A stretch of 55,351 nucleotides of DNA, counting the filler, from Nitrospirota bacterium (lineage in GTDB: Bacteria; UBA2233), in assembly GCA_011620345.1 (NCBI GenBank). It is 2 parts of 2 records of this genome, joined end to end, with 100 filler letters (N's around TTAATTAATTAA, not from the genome) between each part and the next. Parts side by side here need not be neighbours in the genome. Positions count along the whole stretch, not along the records: positions 1 to 28,174 come from WOZJ01000048.1; 1 more part is not named here. One strand, 5' to 3'. The notes beneath the pieces were generated by a model. That model saw nothing but the letters and a program-made list of their open reading frames with translations, made no database searches and was not told the DNA's origin. Shown here piece by piece: positions 10,076 through 19,820 of this stretch. The position numbers and the translations under genes were made by a program. How positions within the stretch are numbered: position 1 is the stretch's first letter; the number at the start of each line of letters is the position of its first letter.

Positions 10076-10295
10076 ATCTGCCTCCTTTGGTTGGTTTGCG
10101 CAAAGGCAGGCCCCACCGACCCGCACTGTCTAGTATGCCTAGCTTAGCAAAAACTAGCGCAGGTTTGCACGCACCCTTATCCAGGGTTGACTAGAATCTA
10201 TTTATATGTATAAATAAAGCTTTTAAGGAGCCGGTTTACATCGCGGCTAGCCTACGCTAAACGGGTTTATTCTAAATTCAAAAAAAGGGGAAACT

Positions 10296-11231
10296 ATGGC
10301 TAATCTAGAAGGCAGAGTCGCAATTGTCACGGGAGCAGGGAGGGGAATTGGAAGAGAAGAAGCCCTCGAGCTCGCCCGCAACGGCGCCAAGGTAGTAATC
10401 AACGACGTAGGGGCCCATTTTGACGGGACCGGTGCCGACCGCACACCGTCCCAGCAAGTCGTGGATGAAATCAAGGCATTCGGCGGAGAAGCCGTCGCCA
10501 ACTACGAGTCCGTAACCGACTTTGCCGGCGCCAAGCGGATTATCGAGTGCGCGTTGGATACCTTCGGCGAGCTACACGTCGTTGTGAACAACGCGGGGAT
10601 CTTAAGAGACCGAATGATCTTCAACATGGCCGAAGAAGATTTCGACGCGGTCATCAACGTGCATTTGAAGGGGACGTTCAACGTCAGCCGCCATGCTTGC
10701 GCCTACTTCAGGGAGGCAAACAAGGCGGGCAAAGACCTGCAGCCCAGGATCATCAACACCGCCTCGGACGCCGGGCTTTTGGGCAACCCTGGTCAAGGCA
10801 ATTACGGCGCGGCCAAGGCCGGAATCGCCACCATGTCCATCATCATCGATATGGAGATGTCCCGGTATGGCGTGGCCTGCAACTGCATCGCGCCTCTAGC
10901 CAGGACACGCCTAACGGTAGATGCCACGCCTTCAACGGCGGCGATCATGGGCCAAACACCCGAGGGTGAGTTCGACCCCTTCCACCCCAAGCATATCGCT
11001 CCGCTGGTTGCCTACTTAGGCTCTGTCGAGGCGGGCTCCATCCATGGCCAAGTGTTTCGGGTAGGAGCGGGTACCGTTTGGGGGATGCAAGGATGGCATA
11101 GCGTAGCCAAAATCTCGAAGAAAGGGTTCCTCACGGTAGAAGAACTTTCTAAGCGTATGCAAGAGGAGCTCTTGCCAAAGCTCCCACCCAAAGAAGAAAT
11201 TACGGCCGTTTTCACCGAAATTCAATTTTAA
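10296..11231 (+). CDS. SDR oxidoreductase (3-hydroxyacyl-CoA dehydrogenase / MFE-2-like)
   Basis: TGAGRGIG, VVINDVG, NNAGILRD, GQGNYGAAK. Confidence 0.92.
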   Translation: MANLEGRVAIVTGAGRGIGREEALELARNGAKVVINDVGAHFDGTGADRTPSQQVVDEIKAFGGEAVANYESVTDFAGAKRIIECALDTFGELHVVVNNAGILRDRMIFNMAEEDFDAVINVHLKGTFNVSRHACAYFREANKAGKDLQPRIINTASDAGLLGNPGQGNYGAAKAGIATMSIIIDMEMSRYGVACNCIAPLARTRLTVDATPSTAAIMGQTPEGEFDPFHPKHIAPLVAYLGSVEAGSIHGQVFRVGAGTVWGMQGWHSVAKISKKGFLTVEELSKRMQEELLPKLPPKEEITAVFTEIQF

Positions 11232-11233
11232 GC

Positions 11234-11722
11234 GTGCGAATCCTCATCGTCTGTCACGCCAACACATTCCGCTCGCCCATGGCTTGGGCCCTCCTTCAGA
11301 GGGCCCTTGTACCATGGAGAGGGCTTTTCGAGCTAGATTCGGGAGGAATCGGAACGCACGCCCGCGAGGGAGGGCTGATGTCGCTCGATGCCAGGCTCTC
11401 CCTGAAAGGGGCGGGCATCGAGCTTGACGAAAACGCCTTCCGCTCGAAGGACTTAAGGCGGCACCCCGAGGCGGTAGCGGGCGCAGGCTTGGTTATCGCG
11501 ATGACGCAAGAACAACGCTCTTTGCTCTTGGACGCATTCCCAGAGCTCAATCCTGGTATTGTCCACACCTGGCTCGCCCTTGCCGACGAGTCCGGAGACA
11601 TCGAAGACCCATGCGGGAAAGGCCCCGAAGGGGCGACAGTATGTCTTCGTGAACTCGAACGGACGCTCCCTTCGGTCGTAAAGAATCTTCTTGGGTTAGC
11701 CCTAAAACCTTTTACGCCTTAA
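11234..11722 (+). CDS. Low-molecular-weight phosphatase (LMW-PTP/YwlE fold)
   Basis: P-loop VCHANTFRSPMA, DIEDP acid loop. Confidence 0.85.
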   Translation: MRILIVCHANTFRSPMAWALLQRALVPWRGLFELDSGGIGTHAREGGLMSLDARLSLKGAGIELDENAFRSKDLRRHPEAVAGAGLVIAMTQEQRSLLLDAFPELNPGIVHTWLALADESGDIEDPCGKGPEGATVCLRELERTLPSVVKNLLGLALKPFTP

Positions 11723-13209
11723 GCAACCTCCTCTAAGAAGGAAAGGAGCAGGCGTACAGGCGTACCCGTTGGACCTACAGGCAAAAACCCGCCTTCTTTG
11801 TCGTTCCAGGCCGTACCCGCGATGTCAAGATGAACCCACGGCACATTCTTTACGTAGGGCTTCAAGAAGGCAGCGGCCGTAATCGTACCCGCTGCTCCGT
11901 CGCCGACGTTCTTGAAGTCTGCGTAGGGAGTCTTCAAGGCTTCTGCATACTCATCCCATAGCGGCAATTGCCAAACCCTCTCGCCCGTCCTCTCGCCCGA
12001 GCGGAAGAACGCTTCGATGGTTCCTTGATCTGCGGTCCCTAAAAGCCCGGAGGCCAGATGCCCGAGGGCAACGACGCAGGCACCCGTGAGTGTGGCGATG
12101 TCGACGATCAGGTCGGGGCTTTTCGAAAGCGCATAATCTAGGCCGTCGGCAAGGATCAGCCTACCCTCGGCGTCTGTATTGACTACCTCGACTGTCCTTC
12201 CTGCACGCAGCGTGATGACATCGCCAGGCCTGGCAGCCTTGCCGGAAGGCATATTTTCAACAGCGGGGATAATCCCGATTACCCTCACGGGGAGCTTGAT
12301 CTCGCAAAGCGCCCGGATCAACCCCAAAACAGCCACACCCCCTGACTTGTCGTACTTCATCTTGTCCATGTCTTTGCCAGGCTTCAAGGAAATCCCTCCG
12401 GAATCGAACGTCACGGCTTTCCCGACGAGGGCGACGGTGCGTGAGGCATTTTGAGGGACATACTCGAGCACGATGAACCTAGGAGGGTTTTCGCTGCCTG
12501 CCGATACGGCAAGCACCCCCCCCATCCGCTCCTTCTCGATCTCTTCTTGACCAAGTACCTCCACATGTAGCAAATCCGGATACGCCTTGGCCAGCCCCCT
12601 TGCCTCTTCGGCAAGGACGTCCGGCGTAGCGAGGTTCCCGGGGCGGGTGTTGAACGCCCTGGTCCAGTTGACGGCCTCGATGACCCGCCCGGCCTTCAAA
12701 AGGACCCTCTTGCCTTCTTCGGGGTCAAGCACAAGGCTCTTGAACCATGCCGCTTGAAGCGTTGGGGCTTTGTGCCCTCCCTCTTCGGATTCGCACAGGC
12801 TGGTTTTAAAAATGCCTAGATCGAACGTTCCTACCCCCAAGCCAATTACAGCCTCTTCGATTACCGTTTCGGGGGAAAGCCCTTCAAACCCGGGCAGGAC
12901 AAAAGCCGCCTTTTCAACGTGACGGCCAACAAGCTCCCTGCCCACGCGGGAGAACGCCTTTCTTATGCGGTCCAACGTAGCAGGCTTGCATCCCAACCCG
13001 TACAAAATCAAGGGGGTTTGATCGGCTAAAAGAAACGTGGCCTTGCCATCACAACATGGGCGTCCGATACAGAGCGCCCTTTCGACGGCCTCCATGACGC
13101 CTTTTGGAAGGCTAGAGAGGTACGCCTCCTTTTCTTTTCCCTCTTTTGTCAAGAACAACACGCACGGCACGCCCTCTCCTGGAAAGGCTTCCATCCAGGC
13201 CAAATCCAC
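11719..13209 (-). CDS. pepA: Leucyl aminopeptidase (M17)
   Basis: VGKAVTFDSGGISLK, MKYDKSG, NTDAEGRL, WVHLDIAG; GTG 13209 has GGAGGAG RBS. Confidence 0.95.
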   Translation of the reverse strand: MDLAWMEAFPGEGVPCVLFLTKEGKEKEAYLSSLPKGVMEAVERALCIGRPCCDGKATFLLADQTPLILYGLGCKPATLDRIRKAFSRVGRELVGRHVEKAAFVLPGFEGLSPETVIEEAVIGLGVGTFDLGIFKTSLCESEEGGHKAPTLQAAWFKSLVLDPEEGKRVLLKAGRVIEAVNWTRAFNTRPGNLATPDVLAEEARGLAKAYPDLLHVEVLGQEEIEKERMGGVLAVSAGSENPPRFIVLEYVPQNASRTVALVGKAVTFDSGGISLKPGKDMDKMKYDKSGGVAVLGLIRALCEIKLPVRVIGIIPAVENMPSGKAARPGDVITLRAGRTVEVVNTDAEGRLILADGLDYALSKSPDLIVDIATLTGACVVALGHLASGLLGTADQGTIEAFFRSGERTGERVWQLPLWDEYAEALKTPYADFKNVGDGAAGTITAAAFLKPYVKNVPWVHLDIAGTAWNDKEGGFLPVGPTGTPVRLLLSFLEEVA

Positions 13210-13341
13210 CGCTATCCCTCCTCCGTTGTGTTCGTCTTTCTTAAGAAATACTAATTTAGCAAAACATCGGCATCCACGGCCAGGGTTCGGCCATTCGCTC
13301 GAAAGAGGGCGATTTGCTAAAATGAAAAAACTCAAACATCT

Positions 13342-16119
13342 ATGGAAAGGCCCATGAAAAACCCACCCTCCCTACCGGCGTTTGACCCAATTCACGACAT
13401 CTACAGCCTTTCGCCACACCCATTATCGGCCATCTTTTCTCCTAAAAGCGTCGCCGTAATCGGAGCGAGCGAAAAAGATCACAGCGTGGGACGGGCGCTT
13501 CTTTCTAACTTAATCCAAAACCCATTCGGCGGGACGGTTTACCCGGTAAACCCAAACAGGAAGAGTGTGCTCGGGATCCGGGCATACCCAGACATCCAGA
13601 GCCTCCCGGAAACGATCGATTTGGCGGTCATCGCCACCCCGGCCCAGGGCGTTCCAGAGGTCGTTCAGGCATGCGCCAACGCGGATATTCCCGGGGCGAT
13701 CATCATTTCGGCAGGGTTCAAGGAAGTCGGCAAAGGGGGTCAAGCGCTCGAGGAGAAAATTCTTGAGGTCGCGAAGGCATCTGAAATGCGCCTGATTGGC
13801 CCGAACTGCCTTGGAGTGATGAATACCCGTAGCAATTTGAACGCCACGTTTGCTCATGCTATGGCCAAGCAGGGTAACGTGGCGTTTCTTAGCCAAAGCG
13901 GGGCGCTTTGCACCGCCGTCCTAGACTGGAGTCTGGAGGCGAACGTAGGGTTCAGCGTGTTCGTTTCCGTGGGTTCGATGCTGGACGTAGGCTGGGGAGA
14001 CCTCATTGAATACCTGGGCGACGACCCCTACACCGAAAGCATTGTCATTTACATGGAAACGGTAGGCAACGCACGCACGTTTTTGTCCGCGGCCAGGGAG
14101 GTCGCGCTCACCAAGCCTATCCTGGTCATCAAGCCAGGCAGAACGCAGGCGGCAAGCAAGGCCGCCGTTTCACACACGGGTTCGCTTACTGGATCGGACG
14201 AGGTTATCGATGCGGCCTTTCACCGCTCGGGCGTACTGCGGCTGGATTCCATCACGGAAATGTTCTCCATGGCCGAAATGCTCGCCAAGCAGCCAAGGCC
14301 AAAAGGCCCAAGACTCGCGATTTTAACAAACGCGGGCGGCCCTGGGGTTTTAGCGAGCGATGCACTCCTTCTAAGTGGCGGCAGGCTTTCCGAACTGTCC
14401 CAAGAAACCCTTCAAAAGCTTGGGCAATTTCTTCCCCCTCAGTGGAGCCACAATAACCCCGTCGACATTCTAGGAGACGCCGGCCCCGAGCGTTACGCCA
14501 AGGCCATCGAAGTACTTGCGAACGACGAGACGAACGACGGGGTTCTCACAATTCTTACCCCTCAAGCGATGACGCAGCCTTCCGAAACGGCAGACGCTCT
14601 AAGGCGCACTGGACGGCCTGCCAACAAGCCTCTTTTGACAAGCTGGATGGGGGGAGAAGGAGTTTCGCCCGGCATTGCCATCCTCAAAGATGCTGGGCTT
14701 CCTACCTTTTCTTATCCGGACGATGCGGCACGCGCATTCAGCGCGATGTGGCGCTTCAGCGAAAACCTTCGTTCTCTGTACGAAACCCCTAGGCTTACCG
14801 TAGACGCTTCGAAGGAGTTTGACCGCAACGCCGCATCTAAAGTTCTTGAGGAAGCAAAAAAGGCCAACCGAACTATCCTGAACGAATTTGAATCGAAACG
14901 GCTCCTTGAGGCCTACGGAATCCCCACGGTTCCAACACTTTTGGCGGCCTCGCCAAAAGAGGCAAAAAAGCTTGCGGAAATGCTCGGCTTTCCCGTGGTC
15001 CTTAAGCTCCATTCAAACACAATCACGCACAAAACCGACGTGGGCGGGGTTTGTCTCAACCTGAAAACCCCCGAGGAGGTCTCGAAGGCCTTCGTGAACA
15101 TCCAGCAAAACATCGAGGAAAAGGTTGGGCCTGGCCATTTCCTTGGCGTGAGCGTTCAGCCGATGGTAGACCTCAAGGGCTACGAGCTGATCCTGGGCTC
15201 GAGTACCGACTCCCAGTTCGGCCCCGTCATTTTGTTCGGCGCAGGCGGGGTCCTGGTCGAGGTATTTAAGGATCAAGCCATCGGAATACCTCCCCTCACA
15301 GACGTACTAGCGCGTCGGATCATCGAAAAGACCAAAATTGCGGCAGCGCTCAAAGGGATCCGCGGCCGGGCACCGATGGATATGGCCATGCTTGAAGCGC
15401 TGCTGGTACGGTTCAGCTGGCTGATTGCCGAACAACGAAGGATCGTGGAGTTCGACATCAACCCTCTATTGGCCTCTTTTTCCGGCACGCCCTCCTTCAT
15501 GGCGCTAGATGCCCGAGTACTCCTAGCGGACCCGGGGCTGCCCGAGGACTTGCTGCCTACGCTGGCCATCCGCCCTTACCCGGAGCGTTATTTTTGGAGG
15601 CATACGACAAAGACCGACATGTCTTACGCCCTACGCCCAATCAGACCTGAGGACGTTCCCAAAGTGCAGCACTTCCACGAAATGCTCTCGGACAGGAGCG
15701 TCAGCTTGCGCTACCTTTCCCCCGTCCTCTTTCAAGAGCGGACCCGACAAGAAAGGCTTGTTCGGGCGTGCTTCATTGATTACGACAAGGAAATTGCGCT
15801 TGTTGCGGAGACGACGGACGGGCAGGTGGTTGCCATCGGCAGGTTAAAAAAACTGCCCCAAAGGTCCGGAGCGAGCTTTTCCTTACTCGTGGCCGACCCG
15901 TACCAGCGTCAAGGCATCGGGACCGAAATACTAACGCGCCTCGTTGAAATTGCCAGACAAGAAGGCCTTACGCATTTGTTCGCCATTATGACCCCAGAAA
16001 ACGAGCTAATGCGGCGAATGCTAGAAAAGTTTGGGTTCCGCCTTCGTTTCCACAGAAAAAAAACGGGGCTCGTCGAAGGGGAGCTTGCGATTAACTCCCG
16101 TGAAAAAGAAGAAGAATAG
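13342..16119 (+). CDS. NDP-forming acyl-CoA ligase fused to C-terminal GNAT (Pat/Pka-like)
   Basis: [31 protein letters not shown]-grasp [19 protein letters not shown]. Confidence 0.93.
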   Translation: MERPMKNPPSLPAFDPIHDIYSLSPHPLSAIFSPKSVAVIGASEKDHSVGRALLSNLIQNPFGGTVYPVNPNRKSVLGIRAYPDIQSLPETIDLAVIATPAQGVPEVVQACANADIPGAIIISAGFKEVGKGGQALEEKILEVAKASEMRLIGPNCLGVMNTRSNLNATFAHAMAKQGNVAFLSQSGALCTAVLDWSLEANVGFSVFVSVGSMLDVGWGDLIEYLGDDPYTESIVIYMETVGNARTFLSAAREVALTKPILVIKPGRTQAASKAAVSHTGSLTGSDEVIDAAFHRSGVLRLDSITEMFSMAEMLAKQPRPKGPRLAILTNAGGPGVLASDALLLSGGRLSELSQETLQKLGQFLPPQWSHNNPVDILGDAGPERYAKAIEVLANDETNDGVLTILTPQAMTQPSETADALRRTGRPANKPLLTSWMGGEGVSPGIAILKDAGLPTFSYPDDAARAFSAMWRFSENLRSLYETPRLTVDASKEFDRNAASKVLEEAKKANRTILNEFESKRLLEAYGIPTVPTLLAASPKEAKKLAEMLGFPVVLKLHSNTITHKTDVGGVCLNLKTPEEVSKAFVNIQQNIEEKVGPGHFLGVSVQPMVDLKGYELILGSSTDSQFGPVILFGAGGVLVEVFKDQAIGIPPLTDVLARRIIEKTKIAAALKGIRGRAPMDMAMLEALLVRFSWLIAEQRRIVEFDINPLLASFSGTPSFMALDARVLLADPGLPEDLLPTLAIRPYPERYFWRHTTKTDMSYALRPIRPEDVPKVQHFHEMLSDRSVSLRYLSPVLFQERTRQERLVRACFIDYDKEIALVAETTDGQVVAIGRLKKLPQRSGASFSLLVADPYQRQGIGTEILTRLVEIARQEGLTHLFAIMTPENELMRRMLEKFGFRLRFHRKKTGLVEGELAINSREKEEE

Positions 16120-16208
16120 AAGCGTTTTGCGCCTTCTGCTGCGTTTTCACCTTCCTCCATTGCAGCGATAAATTTTGAAGGCTCAGCTATAGGATCACAA
16201 AAAGACAA

Positions 16209-16238
16209 GCAAAGGGGGCGGAATCCCGCCCCCTTTGC
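16209..16238. terminator. Probable bidirectional terminator
   Basis: GCAAAGGGGGCGG-AATC-CCGCCCCCTTTGC between convergent genes. Confidence 0.8.
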
Positions 16239-16281
16239 CGTAAATCACCGGTACTTGGCCTAAAAAAATGAACGCCGCTGC

Positions 16282-16575
16282 TTACTCATCTTTGTCCAAC
16301 TTCTCATCGATCTTTTCGCCGAGCTCTTCTCCCTTACCCTTCTTGCCGGTAAGCTCTTCCTTCGCCTCTTCGGCCGTATCTTTCGCCTTCTTGCCGGCCT
16401 TGTCGATCGATTCGCCCGCCTTTTCCGCCGTGCCTTTTTCTCCGGTAATTTCTTCCTTTACCTCCGAAGCAGCCCCCTTGACCCTATCGAGCACACCTTC
16501 CTCTTCCGCCACCGTAAAACTAGACCATGAGGCAACAAACATGAGCGCTACAATCGCAAACAAAAACCGCTTCAT
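16282..16575 (-). CDS. Small secreted K/E-rich protein with internal repeat
   Basis: AAGGAGGA RBS, signal peptide MKRFLFAIVALMFVASWSSFTVA, duplicated KEE(I/L)TGxKG..GExID unit; upstream TTGCGT-17-TACAAT. Confidence 0.8.
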   Translation of the reverse strand: MKRFLFAIVALMFVASWSSFTVAEEEGVLDRVKGAASEVKEEITGEKGTAEKAGESIDKAGKKAKDTAEEAKEELTGKKGKGEELGEKIDEKLDKDE

Positions 16576-16756
16576 ACACATCCTCCTTGTTGTTAAAAAA
16601 GTTGCAAGAACGACCGCATACCAGCCATTTTTGATTGTAACACGTACTACAAGAGGACGCAAAGAATCTCCCTTCGCCCCTAAGTAACGCTCCGGGAAGT
16701 GCGTTTAGAGGCCGAAGGGAAACAGAAGCCATATGAAGCAAGGGCATAGGACGTGA

Positions 16757-16832
16757 TGGTGCCGAGGGACGGAATCGAACCGCCGACGCAAGGCTTTTCA
16801 GGCCTTCGCTCTACCGACTGAGCTACCTCGGC
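16757..16832 (-). tRNA. tRNA-Phe (GAA)
   Basis: 76-nt cloverleaf, AAGGC-CTGAAAA-GCCTT anticodon arm, GGTTCGATT T-loop, encoded CCA. Confidence 0.98.
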
Positions 16833-16861
16833 CCCTTGAAACCGAAACGGTAGAGGCAGTT

Positions 16862-16890
16862 ATTGTAACAGAACGAGTCACGGTAGCCAA
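16862..16890 (-). promoter_or_regulatory. Putative promoter for tRNA-Phe
   Basis: TTGGCT-17 nt-TACAAT with TG extension on the minus strand. Confidence 0.5.
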
Positions 16891-16898
16891 GCCTGGGC

Positions 16899-17810
16899 TT
16901 ATAGTCTTCCTTGAAGGCCTGTAAGCTTCTCGAGGCCGTGACGGTCGAGGTAGGCAAGCATCCCTTGTTTGATCTCCTCCACTCCGAAGGGGTTAACAAG
17001 AAGGAGCGTTCCCACGCCCACAAGGCTTGCACCTGCCAGCATCATCCCGATGGCGTCCTCAGGGGAGCTTACTCCACCCATGCCGACGATCGGGAGCCTG
17101 ACCGATCTGGACACCTCGGAAACCATACGTAGTGCGATGGGGTAGATAGAGGGGCCAGAAAGCCCCCCAAAGCGCGTCCCTAGCTTTGAGCTTTTGGCGT
17201 CCACATCGATTGCCATCCCAAGGAGCGTGTTGATCAAAGACAGCGCGTCGGCTCCGGAATCTTCGCACGCCTTGGCCACCTCGCTGATGCTGGCGACATT
17301 GGGAGATAGCTTCACTATCAACGGGTAGCGGCAAAGGGGCTTGATCGATCGAACGAGCCTGGACGCCACCTTTGGGTCGGAGGCAAGAATGCTCCCCCAT
17401 TGGGGTTTGTTTGGGCAAGAAAGATTGAGCTCCATCGCGAAAAGCCCTTCGAGGTCCGAGAGCATTTGGGCGGCCTTTTGGAACTCGGTCTCGTCATCTC
17501 CAAAAAAATTCGCGATTATCGGGACCCCGAGCCCTCTAAGATGCGGCCAGGTATTCTTCGCAAACGCCTCGATCCCTACATTTTCAAGCCCGATCGAGTT
17601 GAGCATCCCGCAGGGAGTTTCGGCGATACGAGGGGGAGGGTTGCCCCGCTTGGGGCTCGCGGACAGCCCTTTTAGCGTGATGACACCGAACGCCTCGGGA
17701 GGTAAGAGCTCCGGCTGCTCGAGCCCGTACCCGTAGCATCCAGAGGCGGCGGCGATCGGGTTTTTGATCGTTTTCCCTAGAAAGGGGACTTCAAGCCGGT
17801 TTGAAGTCAT
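16899..17810 (-). CDS. pyrD: Dihydroorotate dehydrogenase 1B catalytic subunit
   Basis: GNPPPRIAET, MLNSIGLEN, ELNLSCPN, VKLSPNV, GGLSGP. Confidence 0.96.
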   Translation of the reverse strand: MTSNRLEVPFLGKTIKNPIAAASGCYGYGLEQPELLPPEAFGVITLKGLSASPKRGNPPPRIAETPCGMLNSIGLENVGIEAFAKNTWPHLRGLGVPIIANFFGDDETEFQKAAQMLSDLEGLFAMELNLSCPNKPQWGSILASDPKVASRLVRSIKPLCRYPLIVKLSPNVASISEVAKACEDSGADALSLINTLLGMAIDVDAKSSKLGTRFGGLSGPSIYPIALRMVSEVSRSVRLPIVGMGGVSSPEDAIGMMLAGASLVGVGTLLLVNPFGVEEIKQGMLAYLDRHGLEKLTGLQGRL

Positions 17811-18669
17811 ACCCCGCACATCGCAGTTCGTCGCTTCGAGTCAATCGCTCCCAATCCACATCCTTGGCGTCCATCACGGGGCCTTTTTGGCACAGCTTGA
17901 CGTACATCCCTTCCCAATTCTCCACGACGCACCCCAAACAAAGCCCCATACCGCACCCCATGGGGCCTTCGAAACTTACGACAAGGCCAAACCGATGTCG
18001 CTCGGCCAGCTTATTTAGCGCATAAAGCATGGGCAATGGGCCGCATGCAAACACTTTTGCCGACCTGCCGGCCTCAAGGAGCAAGGTTCGTTCAGCCTCG
18101 AAAAGCTCGGTTACCCTCCCTTTAAACCCTTCCGACCCATCTTCGGTGGCAACATAAAGCCCGTCCGCAAGGCCAAGATGCCGCTTCGTCAGCTCGGCCT
18201 TCGTTCTCGCGCCGTAAAGCAATAAGAAATCAGCCTCCGGAGAAACCTCTTTAATTTGCCGGCCCAAAAGCACCATCGGGGCCACGCCAACCCCGCCCGC
18301 CACGGCGATTACGCGCCTTTGCCCCGGGCCAATGTACCTTAAAAACGACTGCCCCATTGGCATAATGACCCGAAGCTTAAGGCCTTGCCTGGCTTCTGCA
18401 AGCCGTTTTGTCCCTTTCCCCCGTATTGCGACCAAAAAACCTACGCGACAGCCTGTGGACCCGGCTTCAAAGCTTGCGATCGACAAGGGCCTGTTGAGAA
18501 GAGGATCTTGAGTGTCCTTGAAGCCCACCATAGCAAACTGCCCTGCCATGGGCGACATCGGAAGCAAAGGAAGCGCAAGTTCAAGCCAAAAGACGCCTGC
18601 CCCAGCCTGGGCAATCGCAACAACCTCCCCTTCGGTTTGACAAGGGGAAGAAACAGGCCGAACGGACAC
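17791..18669 (-). CDS. pyrK: Dihydroorotate dehydrogenase electron-transfer subunit
   Basis: RPLS, AGGVGVAP, CGP, [2Fe-2S] motif CGMGLCLGC..CQKGPV; adjacent to pyrD; start approximate. Confidence 0.92.
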   Translation of the reverse strand: MSVRPVSSPCQTEGEVVAIAQAGAGVFWLELALPLLPMSPMAGQFAMVGFKDTQDPLLNRPLSIASFEAGSTGCRVGFLVAIRGKGTKRLAEARQGLKLRVIMPMGQSFLRYIGPGQRRVIAVAGGVGVAPMVLLGRQIKEVSPEADFLLLYGARTKAELTKRHLGLADGLYVATEDGSEGFKGRVTELFEAERTLLLEAGRSAKVFACGPLPMLYALNKLAERHRFGLVVSFEGPMGCGMGLCLGCVVENWEGMYVKLCQKGPVMDAKDVDWERLTRSDELRCAGYDFKPA

Positions 18670-18670
18670 A

Positions 18671-19138
18671 TCAGAGCTCAAGGCGGTTGAAGTCCGGAAG
18701 AAGCATGATGTAGGCATTCTCGTTCGTCCTTGCGTAGTAGCGCGGCCTTTCTCCTGCGATGTGAAACCCTAACTTTTCGTAGAGCCGAATTGCTTCCACG
18801 TTGGAAGTCCTCACCTCAAGAGTGGCCTTTTCCGCTCCAAGCTCTTTGCCGATGGCAATCGACTTTTTCAGAAGCAGCTCTCCTATCCCTAACCTTCGAA
18901 ACGTGGGGTCGATCGCAAAGTTGAGAATGTGGACCTCTTCGAACATCACCCAAAAGAGGTTGTAGCCCAAGATTCTCGTTTCGTTCGCAAAATGCGCAAC
19001 AAGCCCTTTCGAAAAAGGGTTTTCAAGCTCGGTCCGAAACAGGGAATAACCCCAAGGGTCCGGGAAGGACTTGGCCTCAATGACTACCGCATCTTCAACC
19101 TCTTCGAGGCGCATCTCCCTAAGAACAACCCTTCCCAC
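18671..19138 (-). CDS. rimI: Ribosomal protein S18 alanine N-acetyltransferase
   Basis: SFPDPW, EVHILNFAI, TLEVRTSN..AIRLYEKLGF, RPRYY..ENA; start approximate. Confidence 0.9.
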   Translation of the reverse strand: MGRVVLREMRLEEVEDAVVIEAKSFPDPWGYSLFRTELENPFSKGLVAHFANETRILGYNLFWVMFEEVHILNFAIDPTFRRLGIGELLLKKSIAIGKELGAEKATLEVRTSNVEAIRLYEKLGFHIAGERPRYYARTNENAYIMLLPDFNRLEL

Positions 19139-19163
19139 CCTCTCCGGCTTTGCAGCAGGGAGC

Positions 19164-19820
19164 TCAGGAGTGGCCGACGAACAAGGCTTTTTGGGCTGAA
19201 AGCGCAACAAGAACCTCATCAATTGCCTGCATGTCTTTGATTCCAGGGGCTTTCTCCACCCCGCTTGCCATGTCCACGCCATACGGCCGAAGACATCTAA
19301 CCACCTCGCGGACGTTTTTAGGGCCTAGGCCCCCTGCCACCAGCACAGGCCTGCTTGCCCGCTTCATTAGGGCCAACGTCAGGGCAAATGGGAACGGGCC
19401 TGCTTGCGGAACCGTTTTTGGGCGCTCGAGGACGAACCTGTCTACAGCCTCCGCGTAACGCTCGGGCACAGTTTCCGGCACGACCTGCAACGCCTTCCAG
19501 ATTTCCGTCCTTTTAGGGAGCAGCGCCCTCATCTCAACGAGGAATTCCGGCTCTTCGCAGCCGTGAAACTGCAGGGCTACGGGAGCCGATTCAAGGAGCA
19601 CGCGAACCAACGCGGCATCCGGGTTCGATAAAACAAACACGGTCCTTCTAGGGGCACACTCCGCGATTGCCAGCGCCTTGGAGCGCTCCACGCTCCTTGG
19701 GGTTCCTTGCACCTCGACAATGATGCCAATGTAAGAAATATTCCTTGTAACAAGCGCCCTCGCGTCTTCAAGGCGCGTCACGCCGCACACCTTCAGCTTC
19801 GCGGAGAACTTTTCGTCCAT
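19164..19820 (-). CDS. trpF: Phosphoribosylanthranilate isomerase family protein (divergent)
   Basis: KVCGVT, LQFHGCE, VAGGLGPKNV, GVDMASGVE..PGIKD; some catalytic-loop motifs altered. Confidence 0.8.
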   Translation of the reverse strand: MDEKFSAKLKVCGVTRLEDARALVTRNISYIGIIVEVQGTPRSVERSKALAIAECAPRRTVFVLSNPDAALVRVLLESAPVALQFHGCEEPEFLVEMRALLPKRTEIWKALQVVPETVPERYAEAVDRFVLERPKTVPQAGPFPFALTLALMKRASRPVLVAGGLGPKNVREVVRCLRPYGVDMASGVEKAPGIKDMQAIDEVLVALSAQKALFVGHS

